NCBI GenBank assembly: GCA_005880605.1
Contig: VBIS01000160.1
Location: 10,180-74,179 of the forward strand
From: Chloroflexota bacterium
GTDB taxonomy: Bacteria; Chloroflexota; Dormibacteria; CF-121
Direction: 5' to 3'
DNA length: 64,000 nt
This document shows, piece after piece, positions 23,376 to 33,683 of the stretch. The notes under the pieces were generated by a model, which had not been told where the DNA came from, did no database searches, and worked only from the letters and a program-made list of their open reading frames with translations. How positions within the stretch are numbered: the first letter of the stretch is position 1; the number at the start of each line of letters is the position of its first letter. Made by a program: the position numbers and the translations under genes.

Positions 23376-23745
23376 CCATCTGTGTGATCGGGTGCCAGGG
23401 ATCCATCTTGAAGAATCCGAAGAAGATACGCACCAGTAGCAGAATGATGATGAAGACGAGGGCGTACCCGACGATCAGGACCAGCGTCCTGACGATATCG
23501 CCCGAGCCGATGAACGCGGCCAGCGCATAAAGAATGATGATGCCGACCAGGAAGGAGAGATCGAGGCCGCCCACCGGGGGGATGACTCGCCGGATCGGAG
23601 CCAGGTACCACTCGGTGGCCAGCAGGACGTACCGACCCGCCTGGGTGTAGAGCATCTGCGGGAACCAGGAGAAAATGGCCCGCACGATCAACACCAGGAT
23701 GAACAGGTTGATCAGCGTGACGATCAGCGAAGCTCCGGGGAACAT
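23236..23745 (-). CDS. YggT-family (Ycf19) membrane protein with two YggT repeats.
   Basis: Duplicated ~80-aa hydrophobic units (LVLIVRAIFSWFPQ... and a second unit). The 3' end is uncertain and overlaps the dnaE tail. Confidence 0.6.
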   Translation of the reverse strand: MFPGASLIVTLINLFILVLIVRAIFSWFPQMLYTQAGRYVLLATEWYLAPIRRVIPPVGGLDLSFLVGIIILYALAAFIGSGDIVRTLVLIVGYALVFIIILLLVRIFFGFFKMDPWHPITQMVMQSTEPFARPFRGWFPRRPGQFDWAPVAAFVVVDAGSLPGARPGG

Positions 23746-23792
23746 CGCTGGCTAGTTTACGGGGTCGCGGCTAAACACAGGCTAAGAGCCGG

Positions 23793-26400
23793 CTAGCGCT
23801 TCCGGCGGCGTGCCAGCAGGTCGCCGGTTGGATCCTCGGGTGGCTTCTTCGGCGCCCGTGGTTGCGCGGCTCGTGCGGCGCGGATGCCATCGACGCGCTC
23901 CTTGAGGCGGGTGACCGTGGCTTCCGCCGGGACGGCGGGCGTCGGCCGGCGCGCCACGGCCGCTCGCCAGGCGGGCATGTCTTCAAGCCGGAAGATCAGA
24001 CGGCGCAGCGCGACGTCCACCGGGAAGAGCAGGATCGCGAGCACCAGCAGGAGCTCGCCGATCGGCAGCGCGGCTCGGACGTTCGGTACCGTCACCCGGA
24101 ACGCCTGCGACACGTCGCTGAGCAGGACCCCGCCGCCGGCCTGGGCGATGGCCTTGAGGGTGGCGACGTCGGTGCCGAGATCGCGGTATTCCGGCGAGTA
24201 GGGGACGACCAGCCCGCTGGTCGTCGTGTGTCGAACCACGCCGCCGGCTGACTCACTCACGTGCAGCAAGTAGCTGCCTACCTGGTCGGTCGGCAGGTCG
24301 CCCTCGAAACGGCCGGGCCCGGTCGACGACAGGATCAGGCCGGCGGCGGCCAGGTCAGGGGTCAGGGCATTGACCGTCACCGTGGCACCGGAGGTCGGCG
24401 GCGCCGTCACGAGGAGGTGGGTGTGGTCGCCCTGGACGCGGGTCTCGACCTGCAGCGCGGGATCGCCCGGCTGCGGCAGGCTGGCGTGCACGATGTCGCC
24501 AAAGAAGCGATTGGCTGCCGACCACTGGAGCAGGCCGGCGGTCCAGCGGCCCTGGGCGTCACTGGTCCAGGCCATGACCCGGCCGAGGCCGTACTGCCAG
24601 GTTGCCAGCAGGGGATCGCCCTGCGGGCTCTTGAGCACGACGTCGGCGGCGGCGCGAGGGGTGGTCGCGACGTATCCGGTCAGGGCGGGGAAAGCGTCCA
24701 GCGGCACACCGGGAAGGACCTCGGCCAAGGAGGCGAGTTGCGGGGCGATCCGCCCCTCGACGATCCAGGGCTTGAGCGCCTCGCGGGTTTCTTTCAAGAA
24801 AATCTGGGGCACGTCGGACAGGCTGTTGCTCTGATAGAAGCGACCGTGGCCCCAACCCGCCATCGCCTGCATGGTCGCTGCGTCGAAGCTGTTGGCCGCG
24901 ATCGCGACGGTGGAGACCGTGATCCCACGGCCGTGCATGGCGGTGATCTGGGACTGGTAGTCGCGGTCGGGCGCGTCGCCATCACCGAACAGAATCACGT
25001 GCTTGATCGATGCGGTCGTTTTCGTCAGCTGGTCATTGGCGGCACTCAGGTCCGGCGAGTAGCTCGGAGGGTCGCCCAGTCCCATGGCCTCGATCTTTTT
25101 CTTGATGGCGGCCTTGTCGGTCAGTGGTCCGAGCGGCACGACGATGGTGCCCATGTTGCCGTTGGTGACCCCGACCATGTCGCGCGGCGTGAGTTGGTCG
25201 ATCACCGACTCCGCGGCGCCGCGTAAGACCTGGTCGCCCGTACCGCTCTCCGTCGACTCCAGCACGAGCACCACCGCCACCGGCGGCTTCTGCATATCCT
25301 GGGGAAGCTGGATCTGCACCGGGAGCGTCGTCTCGAGCGCGGTGCCCGCGTAGCCGCCCGGGCCATAGCTGTCGGCGCCGCCGATGACGACGAGTCCGGT
25401 GCCGAGGTCCCGCACTGACGCCTGGAGCAGGGCCATGCCGTCGGCGCCCAGGCTCGACGCTGGGATGTTGACCATGACGACCGCCTGGTAGGCGGCGAGG
25501 TCAGCCGCCGATCGCGGTAGCTGGTCGGGCGTGACGACCGAGGTCCCGATGCCGGTCGACCGCAGCGCCGACTCGAGGCTTGCCGCCTCGCCCGTGGTGT
25601 TCTCGACCAGCAGCACGCGGGGAGGGCCGACCACCTGGATCAGCGCCTCGCCCAGGTTGTTCTCCGCGTACGTATCGCGCACCGGGTCGATCACGACACG
25701 GACCGCGTGGAACCCGGGCTGGCTGGGCTTCACCGTTTGCTTGATCGTGGTTTCGCCGGGGGCGAGGTCGAGCGGGGCCGTGCTGATGAGCGTTCGGTCG
25801 AGATACCAACGCGCCGTCGCGTGGGTGCTCGTGTTGCTGACGATCAGCGCCTGCGTGTCGGCCTGCTGGCCCTGCGTCAGGGTTTTCGGGGCGTCCAGTC
25901 GATCGACGTAGACCTCGGCCCCCAGCGGCACCGGCAGCGCCACGGTATCGACGCGGACGCCCTCAGCGCGTAACAGGCGTGCTTCCGCGACCGCGTCGCC
26001 GAGATTTCCGCGGCCGTCACTGATGAGCACGATGTGCCGGCGGCTGTCGTCAGGGAGAATCGAGCCACCCAGTTGCAGGGCCGCTGCCACGTCGGTGTAA
26101 TGCGGATTGGGCTGGCTCTGGAACTCTCCGAACCATCGCGGCCTCGCTGTCGAGCGCGCTCTGCACACTGGCCGACAAGTCCGCGGCGACGAGCAGCGAT
26201 TGCTTGGCCGGCGTGGTCTGGACCTGGAAGCCGGCCAGCGAGGCAGTCAGCAGCAGCACGATCAGCGTGCGCAGGCCAAGCGAGAGGCGCGCGCGTCGCG
26301 GTGGCAACGGCGGAGGGAAGATGCGCCAGATGACGACGATGACCGCCAGCGCCAGCACGCCCGCCCCCAGGAAGAGGGGGCGGGTGATTTCAAAGCCCAC
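23793..26400 (-). CDS. Large VWA-domain protein with an N-terminal TM helix and a GATase1-like/DUF4159-like region. The reading frame is broken near 26100-26170, probably by a frameshift or internal deletion.
   Basis: The ORF 26400-26050 (membrane anchor plus DLSAS motif-like start of VWA) and the ORF 26168-23793 (YTDVAAAL...HIVLISDG end of VWA) are in different frames and overlap. About 45 aa of the VWA core appear to be missing. Confidence 0.5.
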
Positions 26401-28213
26401 GGTGGAAGGCCAGCCATTCGGCCGTCACGATCGCGAGCGCCGCCAACGCGATCCAGGGCCAGATCTCCAGCTGGCCCGGGTGGGTCGCCTGGACGGCGAC
26501 CGCCCGCGTTGGTGGCAGCGTCAGCCGGTCGGGCGGCTTGAGCTGCGAGATCGCATCGGAGAACAGGTTGACGCTGAACCAGGACCGCTGGACCTGGCCG
26601 CCGATCACCTGCTCGACGACGTAGAGGCCGGTCGGATCCGTCTCGGCGAAGCTGGCGATCGCGCCGGTCGCCAGCGCGCCACGGCTGCCGTCCGGCCGGA
26701 TCACGCTCACCGCTGTGGCACCGGGCTCGGGCACGATGGTCACCGGCTCGTCCGGATGGAAGCTGTGGCTCGGCACGCTTGGCGGCAACATCCACTCGCT
26801 GAGGTTCTGGGTCAGGATCGGGAAGGCGATCCGCAATGGCAGGTCGGACTCATGCAGGTCGAAGCCGATCAGCACCTGCCGGAACGGCTCATCGCGAACC
26901 AGTACCAGTGGCGTCTGTAGGCTGCTGATCAGCGGCCGTCCGAAGGTCGAGGCGCGCAGATCCTCGCTTCGTGCCACGTGTACGTCCTGCAGATCGACGT
27001 TCGCCAGCAGCGGGTCGCCGGCGTCGACGGCGCGAACGCGCCCGATGCCGAGCGCCGGCCCGCCAGCCAGCGCTGAGCCCGCCGGCGGATCGACCATCCA
27101 GAACGGCCCGTCAGGCAGCACCGGTGGGACGAAGCGGTCGAAGACCGTCATCGCGTACGCGGCGCTCGCCTTGTACGCCGCCGGCGCGACGACGTCGAGT
27201 TGAAAGTCCGAGCGCAGCCGCAATGCCTGCTCGAGAAAGACATTCCCCGGCGTCACCAGTAGCACCTTGAAGGCGCGCGGCGTGCGAGCCACCGCAGTCG
27301 CCGTGTCGTCGACGGCGAAGATATCGCCGGTGGCGAGGTGTGCTGTCACCGACGTGGCATCCGACGGAACCGGGAACACGAGATCCTGTCCCTGGCCGGC
27401 CGGCAAGGTGAGCGGCCGGACGTCGAGCAGGTGGCCGTCGGCGCGCCATTCCAGGCTGACCGAACGCACCTGCTGGCCGAAATTCTGCAGGTGCAGGTAG
27501 GCTGCGCGGGTCTGCGCACTGGTGCGCACCGTCAGCGATGTCAGCCCGACATTCTCGCCCGACACCCCGACCCGGTGATAGTCGACGGGAAAGGGCAGTC
27601 CGGCGGCGAAGGACGAGCGAAGGGGTTGCACGATGCCGTCGGAGAACAGGTACGCTCGCGCGTCGTCGCCGGACCGGACCAGGCCGGCCGCCAGCGACAA
27701 CGCTGCCGACAGATCGGCGGGGCCGTTGCTGGCGGTGACGCCGTTCACCGCGCGATGCAGCGCGTCGCGGTCGCCGGTCACGGACGCGATGATTCTCGAC
27801 GTCGGACCAGCGGCGATCACGGTCATCCGGTCCGAGGGCCCGAGTTGGTCGATGACGGCGTTGACCTGGCGCTTCGCCTCAGCGAGGCGCGACGGCGTGA
27901 CGTCAGTCGCCTGCATCGAGGCGGAGGCGTCGAGCAGGACGATGCTGTGACGGGCCAGCGAGGCCCCCGCCGGCAAGACCGGCTGCACCGCGGCGGCGAC
28001 CAGGGCGGCGGCCGCCAGCAACTGCAGGAAGAGCAGCCAGCTCGGACGCAGGCGCTGCCATGGCACGTTTGCCTGCCGGTCGCGGATCTGGGTTGGCCAG
28101 AGATGCAGCGCCGGCACCACGCGCGTGGGCCGGCGAATCTTCAAGAAATACAGCGCGATGATGGCCGGGAGCGTCAACGCCAGGACGGCAGCCAGCGGTG
28201 CGAGGACGGTCAT
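26390..28213 (-). CDS. BatA-like VWA-domain membrane protein.
   Basis: TM anchor (LAAVLALTLPAIIALYFLKIRRP) followed by a VWA domain (IVLLDASASM ... YLFSDG). The start is placed at Met43 of the ORF (MTVLAP...). Confidence 0.65.
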   Translation of the reverse strand: MTVLAPLAAVLALTLPAIIALYFLKIRRPTRVVPALHLWPTQIRDRQANVPWQRLRPSWLLFLQLLAAAALVAAAVQPVLPAGASLARHSIVLLDASASMQATDVTPSRLAEAKRQVNAVIDQLGPSDRMTVIAAGPTSRIIASVTGDRDALHRAVNGVTASNGPADLSAALSLAAGLVRSGDDARAYLFSDGIVQPLRSSFAAGLPFPVDYHRVGVSGENVGLTSLTVRTSAQTRAAYLHLQNFGQQVRSVSLEWRADGHLLDVRPLTLPAGQGQDLVFPVPSDATSVTAHLATGDIFAVDDTATAVARTPRAFKVLLVTPGNVFLEQALRLRSDFQLDVVAPAAYKASAAYAMTVFDRFVPPVLPDGPFWMVDPPAGSALAGGPALGIGRVRAVDAGDPLLANVDLQDVHVARSEDLRASTFGRPLISSLQTPLVLVRDEPFRQVLIGFDLHESDLPLRIAFPILTQNLSEWMLPPSVPSHSFHPDEPVTIVPEPGATAVSVIRPDGSRGALATGAIASFAETDPTGLYVVEQVIGGQVQRSWFSVNLFSDAISQLKPPDRLTLPPTRAVAVQATHPGQLEIWPWIALAALAIVTAEWLAFHRGL

Positions 28214-28223
28214 GACACAGCGC

Positions 28224-29096
28224 TCATGCGAGCAGGCCGATCCGCCGCAGCGTGACCTGCACCATCTCGTCGATCGGTTCCGAGGTGGAAAGCCGGGCGA
28301 AACGCAGACCGCGGCGATGGGCGGCGCGCTCGATCTCATCCGTCCGCTGGGCCAGCGCCTTCACATAGCTGCCCTGAGTGAGCGGCGTCGCCGTGAACTC
28401 GCGCTCGACGCCGGTTTCGGCATCCCGCAGTCGGGCGTCGCCGGACCAGTCCGGGGCGAGCTCCTGGGGAGCGAGCAGCTGGAGCACGGCGCCTTCCTGG
28501 TGCGCTCGCTGCAGCGCCGTCAGGGCCGGATCCAGCGCCGACTCGCCGAGCCCGTCGGTGATCAAGACCGTCATGCCCGGTCGCTGGCGGCCAATCGGCC
28601 AGACCAGCTTCTCGTAGTTGGTCACGCCGCCGGCCGGAAAGGATTGCAACCGGGAAAAAAGCGTCGCGGCGGCGCGGCGGCCACGCGAGGGCGCTCCTCC
28701 CGAGGTCTCACCCTCGGCAAACACGGTGAGGCGTACGCGGTCGAGCGCGGCGAGGGCGACGTAGGCGATGGCACCGGCCAGCTGCCGCGCGGTCGCCGCC
28801 TTGTTGGGCTTGCCCCAGTCCATCGAGCCGCTCAGGTCGACGAAGAGACTCAGCGGCAGTTCTTCTTCCGCGACGAAGAGCCGCAGCATGAAGCGATCGA
28901 GGCGCGCATAGGCATTCCAGTCGATCAAGCGGAAATCGTCGCCGGGCGTGTAATTTCGGTAGTCCGCGAACTCGACCGACTGACCGCGACGCTTGGAGCG
29001 GCGCTCGCCACCCATCTGGCCGCTGACGGCGCGCCGAACCTGGAGCGCGAGGGCCTCGAGGCGTCGGAGCAGAGCCGGCTCCAGCAGGGGGGCCAT
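28224..29096 (-). CDS. DUF58-family protein (VWA-like), the usual MoxR partner.
   Basis: VEFADYRNYTPGDDFRLIDWNAYARLDRFMLRLF matches DUF58. It lies directly downstream of moxR. Confidence 0.75.
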   Translation of the reverse strand: MAPLLEPALLRRLEALALQVRRAVSGQMGGERRSKRRGQSVEFADYRNYTPGDDFRLIDWNAYARLDRFMLRLFVAEEELPLSLFVDLSGSMDWGKPNKAATARQLAGAIAYVALAALDRVRLTVFAEGETSGGAPSRGRRAAATLFSRLQSFPAGGVTNYEKLVWPIGRQRPGMTVLITDGLGESALDPALTALQRAHQEGAVLQLLAPQELAPDWSGDARLRDAETGVEREFTATPLTQGSYVKALAQRTDEIERAAHRRGLRFARLSTSEPIDEMVQVTLRRIGLLA

Positions 29097-29101
29097 TGCG
29101 G

Positions 29102-30100
29102 CTATTCCCGGCCGGGTTCCTTGGGGGTCTGCTCCAGGATGTCGCTGATGATCTTGTCGGCCGCGATGCCGTCCGCCTCGGCCTCGAACTGCAGGAAGAT
29201 CCGGTGTCGCAGCGCCGGCCCGGCGACGGCATTGAGATCGTCAAAGGCCACGTTGTAGCGGCCTTCAAGCAGGGCGCGGACTTTCCCGGCGAGGATCAGC
29301 GTCTGCATCCCGCGCGGGCTCGCGCCCCAGCGGACGTAGCGGCGCACCGAGTCGAGCTGGGTGCGGTCGGGATGGGTGGCCGAAATCAGCCGCGCGGCGT
29401 AGCCCAGCACGTGCTCGGCGATCGGAACCTCACGCGCGACGCGCTGCGCTGCCATGACGGCGTTCGCGTCCGCTACCGGCTTGAGCTGTGGCGTCGATTC
29501 GCCCGTCGTGCGTCGCGCGATCTCCAGCAGGTCTTTTTCACTGGGAAAAGGAACCAGCACCTTGAAGAAAAATCGATCGAGTTGCGCCTCAGGCAAGGGG
29601 TAGGTTCCCTCGAGCTCGATCGGGTTCTGGGTGGCGAGCACGAAAAACGGGTTGGGCAGCGGTCGCGTCTGGGTCCCAACGGTCACCGTGTGTTCCTGCA
29701 TGGCCTCGAGTAAGGCGCTTTGCGTTTTGGGTGTGGCGCGGTTGATCTCGTCGGCGAGCACGAGGTTCGCAAAGATGGGGCCCGCCTGGTAATGAAACTC
29801 GCGGCGGCCGGCTTCGTCGCCGATGACATTCGTGCCCACGATGTCGGCGGGCATCAGGTCGGGCGTGAACTGGATGCGCGAAAAGCTCATCGTCAGGGCC
29901 TGGCCAAGCGAACGAACGAGCACGGTCTTGCCCAGCCCGGGGACGCCTTCGAGCAGGACGTGGCCGCCGGCGATCAGCGCGATCACGGTATCGCGGAGGA
30001 GGTCTTTCTGACCGACGATCAGCCGGGCGAGCTCGGCTTCGAGCGATTGCGCAAGCTCGGTCACCTGGGTTGCGTCGACGCGCGGTTCTTCGGCGATCAT
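29102..30100 (-). CDS. MoxR-family AAA+ ATPase.
   Basis: Walker A GVPGLGKT, Walker B LADEINRA, and the C-terminal MoxR lid. Confidence 0.9.
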   Translation of the reverse strand: MIAEEPRVDATQVTELAQSLEAELARLIVGQKDLLRDTVIALIAGGHVLLEGVPGLGKTVLVRSLGQALTMSFSRIQFTPDLMPADIVGTNVIGDEAGRREFHYQAGPIFANLVLADEINRATPKTQSALLEAMQEHTVTVGTQTRPLPNPFFVLATQNPIELEGTYPLPEAQLDRFFFKVLVPFPSEKDLLEIARRTTGESTPQLKPVADANAVMAAQRVAREVPIAEHVLGYAARLISATHPDRTQLDSVRRYVRWGASPRGMQTLILAGKVRALLEGRYNVAFDDLNAVAGPALRHRIFLQFEAEADGIAADKIISDILEQTPKEPGRE

Positions 30101-30121
30101 GATCCTCCCTGGCGCATTACG

Positions 30122-31729
30122 TTATTTCGGACCGGGTCCAGTCTGCTCACCGAGTTGCGAGAAGTACTGGCGGACGAGGTCGCGCTCACTGCCCGGAATG
30201 AGACTCTGGTTGGTGGCATCGAGTGCCGCCTGCTGATAGGCCTGGATCACCTGGCTGTAGGGGCTGAGCGGCACGTCCTGGCCGGGTCCGAGCGGCGTGG
30301 GATCGTTCTGCGACTGACCGGGCACAGGCTGGCCCGGCACGTAGACGCGCTCGGTGCTCTTCGCGCCCGCGCCGCTCCCGGTACCTGACCCGCTCGAACC
30401 CGTCCCCCCGTTGCCACCGTTGCCACTCCCCGATCCGGTGCCGGTGCCGGTGCCGGTTCCGGTGCCGCTGCCATTGCCATTCCCGGTGCCGGTGCCATTC
30501 CCGCTTCCGTTGCCGCTGCCACTCGCACCTGGCGACGCTCCCGTGCCGGCGCCGGGCGACGTCCCGGCCCCCGGGGATGCGCTGGCGTTCGGCTGACCAC
30601 CCTGGCCCTTCGCATCGCGGTCCGCCTGGGTGGCGAGCTCCTGGCGCGCCGCTTCCAGGCCGTTGATCGCCGATGCGACCGCCTGGTCGGTATTCTGCTG
30701 CTGCTGCAGCGAGTCGAGCTGGCTGGCGACGTCGTTGAGCGCCTGCGCGGCGGAGTTGGGATCGCCGTTCTGCAGTGAGGACGAGGCTTTGCTCAGCGAA
30801 TCGCGCATCTGGCTGTTCTGCGCCTGCTGCGCGGCCTTCTCCAAAGCCTTGGCCAGGTCCTGACGGTCTTTGGGCGACATGTTCTGAAGCTGGGCAGCCA
30901 GGTCGCGCACCGACTGCGCGCCCTTGGCGGGACTGGTGCTGATCGCCTGGGCGGCACTGCGGCCGGCGGCGGTGCCGCTGAGCGCATTCGCGAGATTCTG
31001 GGCGCTGCTGCTCAACGCCGGCGTGCCCGGATCCGTCAGCCGCTGCAGTTGCTGCTCCGCCGGCGTGATCGACTCGAGGGCCTTGCGTGGACTGTCGGCC
31101 TGCCGGATCTTCGCCTGCGCGTCCTGAAGAATTTTCTGCACCTGGGGATCGACCGGGGTCGGCTTGGCGCTCTCGGCGACTTTCTTCTGCGCGTCCTGGA
31201 CGGCTTTCGCCGCACGAGCCTGGCTGGTGCGATCCGCCTTCTGCTGGGCCAGCACCTGGTCCATCGGGTTGGGCAGCACCGCGAGTGCCAGGGCGAAAAT
31301 CGCCAGGACCGCGACCAATGAGGCTTCGCCGCGGTTGACCCGTACCGGGAAGGCGGCCGCCAGCCGGGTACGGGTGGCATGCTGCAGCGCATCGCGTCGC
31401 TGCACGTCGTCGAGGGCGCCGGACTCGGTCCGCCGTTCCCACGCCGTCGACAGTCGCTCCTTCAGACCGAGCCGGATGTCCGCGAGCCGCATCAAGATGG
31501 CCGCGCTCGGCCGGCGGAGTAGCCACGCGATCGCCGCGATCGCGAGCGCGACCGGGACACCGACCGCGGCCACCGTCGCGCGCTGCTCAACGGGCGTCAG
31601 CCTCGCAATGAGCAGCACGACGGCCACCCACCCCGCCGCCGCCACCAGGCCGTGCACGGCGTATCGAGCCCCCCGGGCGCGGGCCGCGGCTCGGCGGAGT
31701 TCTCGGATGATCGCGTCGAGCGAGCTCAT
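30122..31729 (-). CDS. Membrane protein with two N-terminal TM helices, a long Gln/Ala-rich coiled-coil region and a Gly/Ser/Thr/Asn low-complexity tract.
   Basis: Hydrophobic segments at the N-terminus. A heptad-like QAQ/AKA region is followed by NGSGNGTGTGNGNGSGTGTGTG. Confidence 0.5.
   Translation of the reverse strand: MSSLDAIIRELRRAAARARGARYAVHGLVAAAGWVAVVLLIARLTPVEQRATVAAVGVPVALAIAAIAWLLRRPSAAILMRLADIRLGLKERLSTAWERRTESGALDDVQRRDALQHATRTRLAAAFPVRVNRGEASLVAVLAIFALALAVLPNPMDQVLAQQKADRTSQARAAKAVQDAQKKVAESAKPTPVDPQVQKILQDAQAKIRQADSPRKALESITPAEQQLQRLTDPGTPALSSSAQNLANALSGTAAGRSAAQAISTSPAKGAQSVRDLAAQLQNMSPKDRQDLAKALEKAAQQAQNSQMRDSLSKASSSLQNGDPNSAAQALNDVASQLDSLQQQQNTDQAVASAINGLEAARQELATQADRDAKGQGGQPNASASPGAGTSPGAGTGASPGASGSGNGSGNGTGTGNGNGSGTGTGTGTGTGSGSGNGGNGGTGSSGSGTGSGAGAKSTERVYVPGQPVPGQSQNDPTPLGPGQDVPLSPYSQVIQAYQQAALDATNQSLIPGSERDLVRQYFSQLGEQTGPGPK
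30365..30530 (-). repeat. Hexanucleotide simple-sequence repeat (GGTGCC/GGTTCC/GCTGCC units) inside the coding region, encoding a GS/GT tract.
   Basis: About 25 near-tandem 6-nt units are visible on the plus strand (ggtgccggtgccggtgccggttccggtgcc...). Confidence 0.7.
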
Positions 31730-32760
31730 GCGACCACTCGAGCGCGCCGTCGCCAGGGCAAATGCCGGATCGGTGGCAGCAGGAGCGCGCTCAGGATCAG
31801 CGCAAGCAGGCAGATCGCGAGCTGCATGGTAATGGTGGCCTGCCAGTACTGCCAGCCGCTAAAGAGCCCGCTGGGGATCGTGGTCCCAATGGGTTGCGGC
31901 GGGTTGAAGGGCTGGCCGACCGCGCCCTTGCCGATCGGCACCGTGGTCACGTAGCAGGACTGGGCGCCATTCGGCCCCGCGCTGCACGCCATCCCTCCGC
32001 CCTGCGCCATGTTGTAGACGCCGTTGCGGATGCCATAGCCGGTCACGGGCGCATTCATGCCGATCACGACCAGCGGCAGGATCGGGCTGAGGTAGGTGAC
32101 GGCCGGCGGCGCCGGGGCCTTGGTGGCATTCGGGTTGATGTCGGTGGGGAAGAGTAGCCCGAATAGCAGGCTGCCCGCCAGCAAGATAAAGGCGGCGCCA
32201 TAGGCGGAGACCGTTGCCGGCAGCGTCCGCTTGAATGCGGTCGAGCAGGCGAGGCCGATGATGCCGAGGGTGAGGGCGGCGACCGCCGTCACCAGGAAGG
32301 CAATCAGCACCTGGTCGAGCTCGATCCCGCCAAACAGGAAGACAAGGCTGAAGATCGGCACCGAGAGGAGCAGCAGCAAGATCACGAACGACATCGAAGC
32401 AAGCAGCTTGCCCCAGAGAATCGAAAATGCGGGCAGCTTGGTGACGAAGAGCAGGTCGATCGTCTGCCGCTCGCGCTCGCTGCTGACGGCCCCGGCCGTG
32501 AGCGCCGGGGTGATGAAGGCCAGCAGCACCATCTGGAAAAGGATCAGCCACAGGAACAGGACCTGGCCGTAGTTGGCGGCCTGCGCGCCGTTGAAGGAGT
32601 TGCGCGCGCTCGATGCCGTCGAGGAAAAGATCGCCCAGCCAACGCCGCCCAGCAGCAGGATATAAATCGTCATCGCCAGCGGCGATCGCCAGGTGCGCAT
32701 CCTGGATCGGTACTCCTTGGCGACGATCGGGTTCCAGAGTGCGATCGCGATGCGGTTCAT
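31726..32760 (-). CDS. ABC-2 family transporter permease.
   Basis: Six predicted TM helices and an ABC-2 permease-like pattern. It overlaps the ATPase gene. Confidence 0.65.
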   Translation of the reverse strand: MNRIAIALWNPIVAKEYRSRMRTWRSPLAMTIYILLLGGVGWAIFSSTASSARNSFNGAQAANYGQVLFLWLILFQMVLLAFITPALTAGAVSSERERQTIDLLFVTKLPAFSILWGKLLASMSFVILLLLLSVPIFSLVFLFGGIELDQVLIAFLVTAVAALTLGIIGLACSTAFKRTLPATVSAYGAAFILLAGSLLFGLLFPTDINPNATKAPAPPAVTYLSPILPLVVIGMNAPVTGYGIRNGVYNMAQGGGMACSAGPNGAQSCYVTTVPIGKGAVGQPFNPPQPIGTTIPSGLFSGWQYWQATITMQLAICLLALILSALLLPPIRHLPWRRRARVVA

Positions 32761-33683
32761 CAGATATCCTCCGACGTCGCTTTCATGAACGCGTCTTCGA
32801 GGCCGCCCTCGAGCTGACTGAAGCCCGAGACCTTGATGCCGGCCGCGGTCAAGGCCTGCAGGATGCCGGCGGCGGCGGCATCGTCGCCATCGTAATGGGC
32901 TTCGATGGCGCCGTTGACCGTTACGACCTCGTGGACCGCGGGCAGGGGCTTGAGCACGGCGGCGGCTTCTTCCTTATGTCCGAGCACCGTGATGCGCAGC
33001 CGCCGGCCGGTGGTCAGCTGTCGGATGACCTCCTGCACTGGCCCGGTCGCGCGCATCCGGCCCTGGTCGATGATGCCGATCATGGTGCAGAGCTCGGTGA
33101 GCTCGGGCAGGATGTGGCTCGAGATGATGATCGTCTTGCCCATGGTTTGAAGTTCTTTCAAAATCTCGCGCATCTCGACGCGGGCTCGTGGATCGAGGCC
33201 CGAGGCCGGTTCGTCCAGGAGCAAGACGGCGGGATCATGGACCAGCGCCCGGGCGAGGCACAGCCGCTGCTTCAAGCCCCGCGAAAGGGTATCGACCGCC
33301 TGGTCCCGACGGTCAGTCAGTCCGACCAGCTCGAGCAGGTCGTCGGCGATCTTCTTGCGGCGGGCTTTGGGCTGCCGGTAGCAGGCGGCGTAGAAATCGA
33401 GATACTCGCCCGCGGTCAGCTGGTCGTAGACGCCGAAGAAATCCGGCATGTAGCCAAGGCGCTCATGCACCAGGTCGGGATGCTCGGTGACGTCGGCGCC
33501 GTCGACCAGCGCCCGGCCGGCTGTGGGCTCGAGGAGCGCCGCCAGAATCCGCAGCGTCGTCGTCTTGCCCGCCCCGTTCGGTCCGACGAATCCGAAGATT
33601 TCGCCTTTGGGGACCTCGAAGGAGACGTGATCGAGCGCGGTGCGACCGCCGTACAGCTTGGTCAGTCCCTCGACGGCGATCAT
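32760..33683 (-). CDS. ABC transporter ATP-binding protein.
   Basis: Walker A GPNGAGKTT, signature LSRGLKQRL, Walker B LLLDEP. Confidence 0.85.
   Translation of the reverse strand: MIAVEGLTKLYGGRTALDHVSFEVPKGEIFGFVGPNGAGKTTTLRILAALLEPTAGRALVDGADVTEHPDLVHERLGYMPDFFGVYDQLTAGEYLDFYAACYRQPKARRKKIADDLLELVGLTDRRDQAVDTLSRGLKQRLCLARALVHDPAVLLLDEPASGLDPRARVEMREILKELQTMGKTIIISSHILPELTELCTMIGIIDQGRMRATGPVQEVIRQLTTGRRLRITVLGHKEEAAAVLKPLPAVHEVVTVNGAIEAHYDGDDAAAAGILQALTAAGIKVSGFSQLEGGLEDAFMKATSEDI

Noticed and set aside
30365-30530. Regularly spaced short repeats that might be taken for a CRISPR array.
   Set aside because: The units are 6 nt and contiguous with no spacers. They sit inside a continuous ORF and encode a Gly/Ser/Thr tract. 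The same holds for the PQ repeats at 6580-6990. No cas genes are present.
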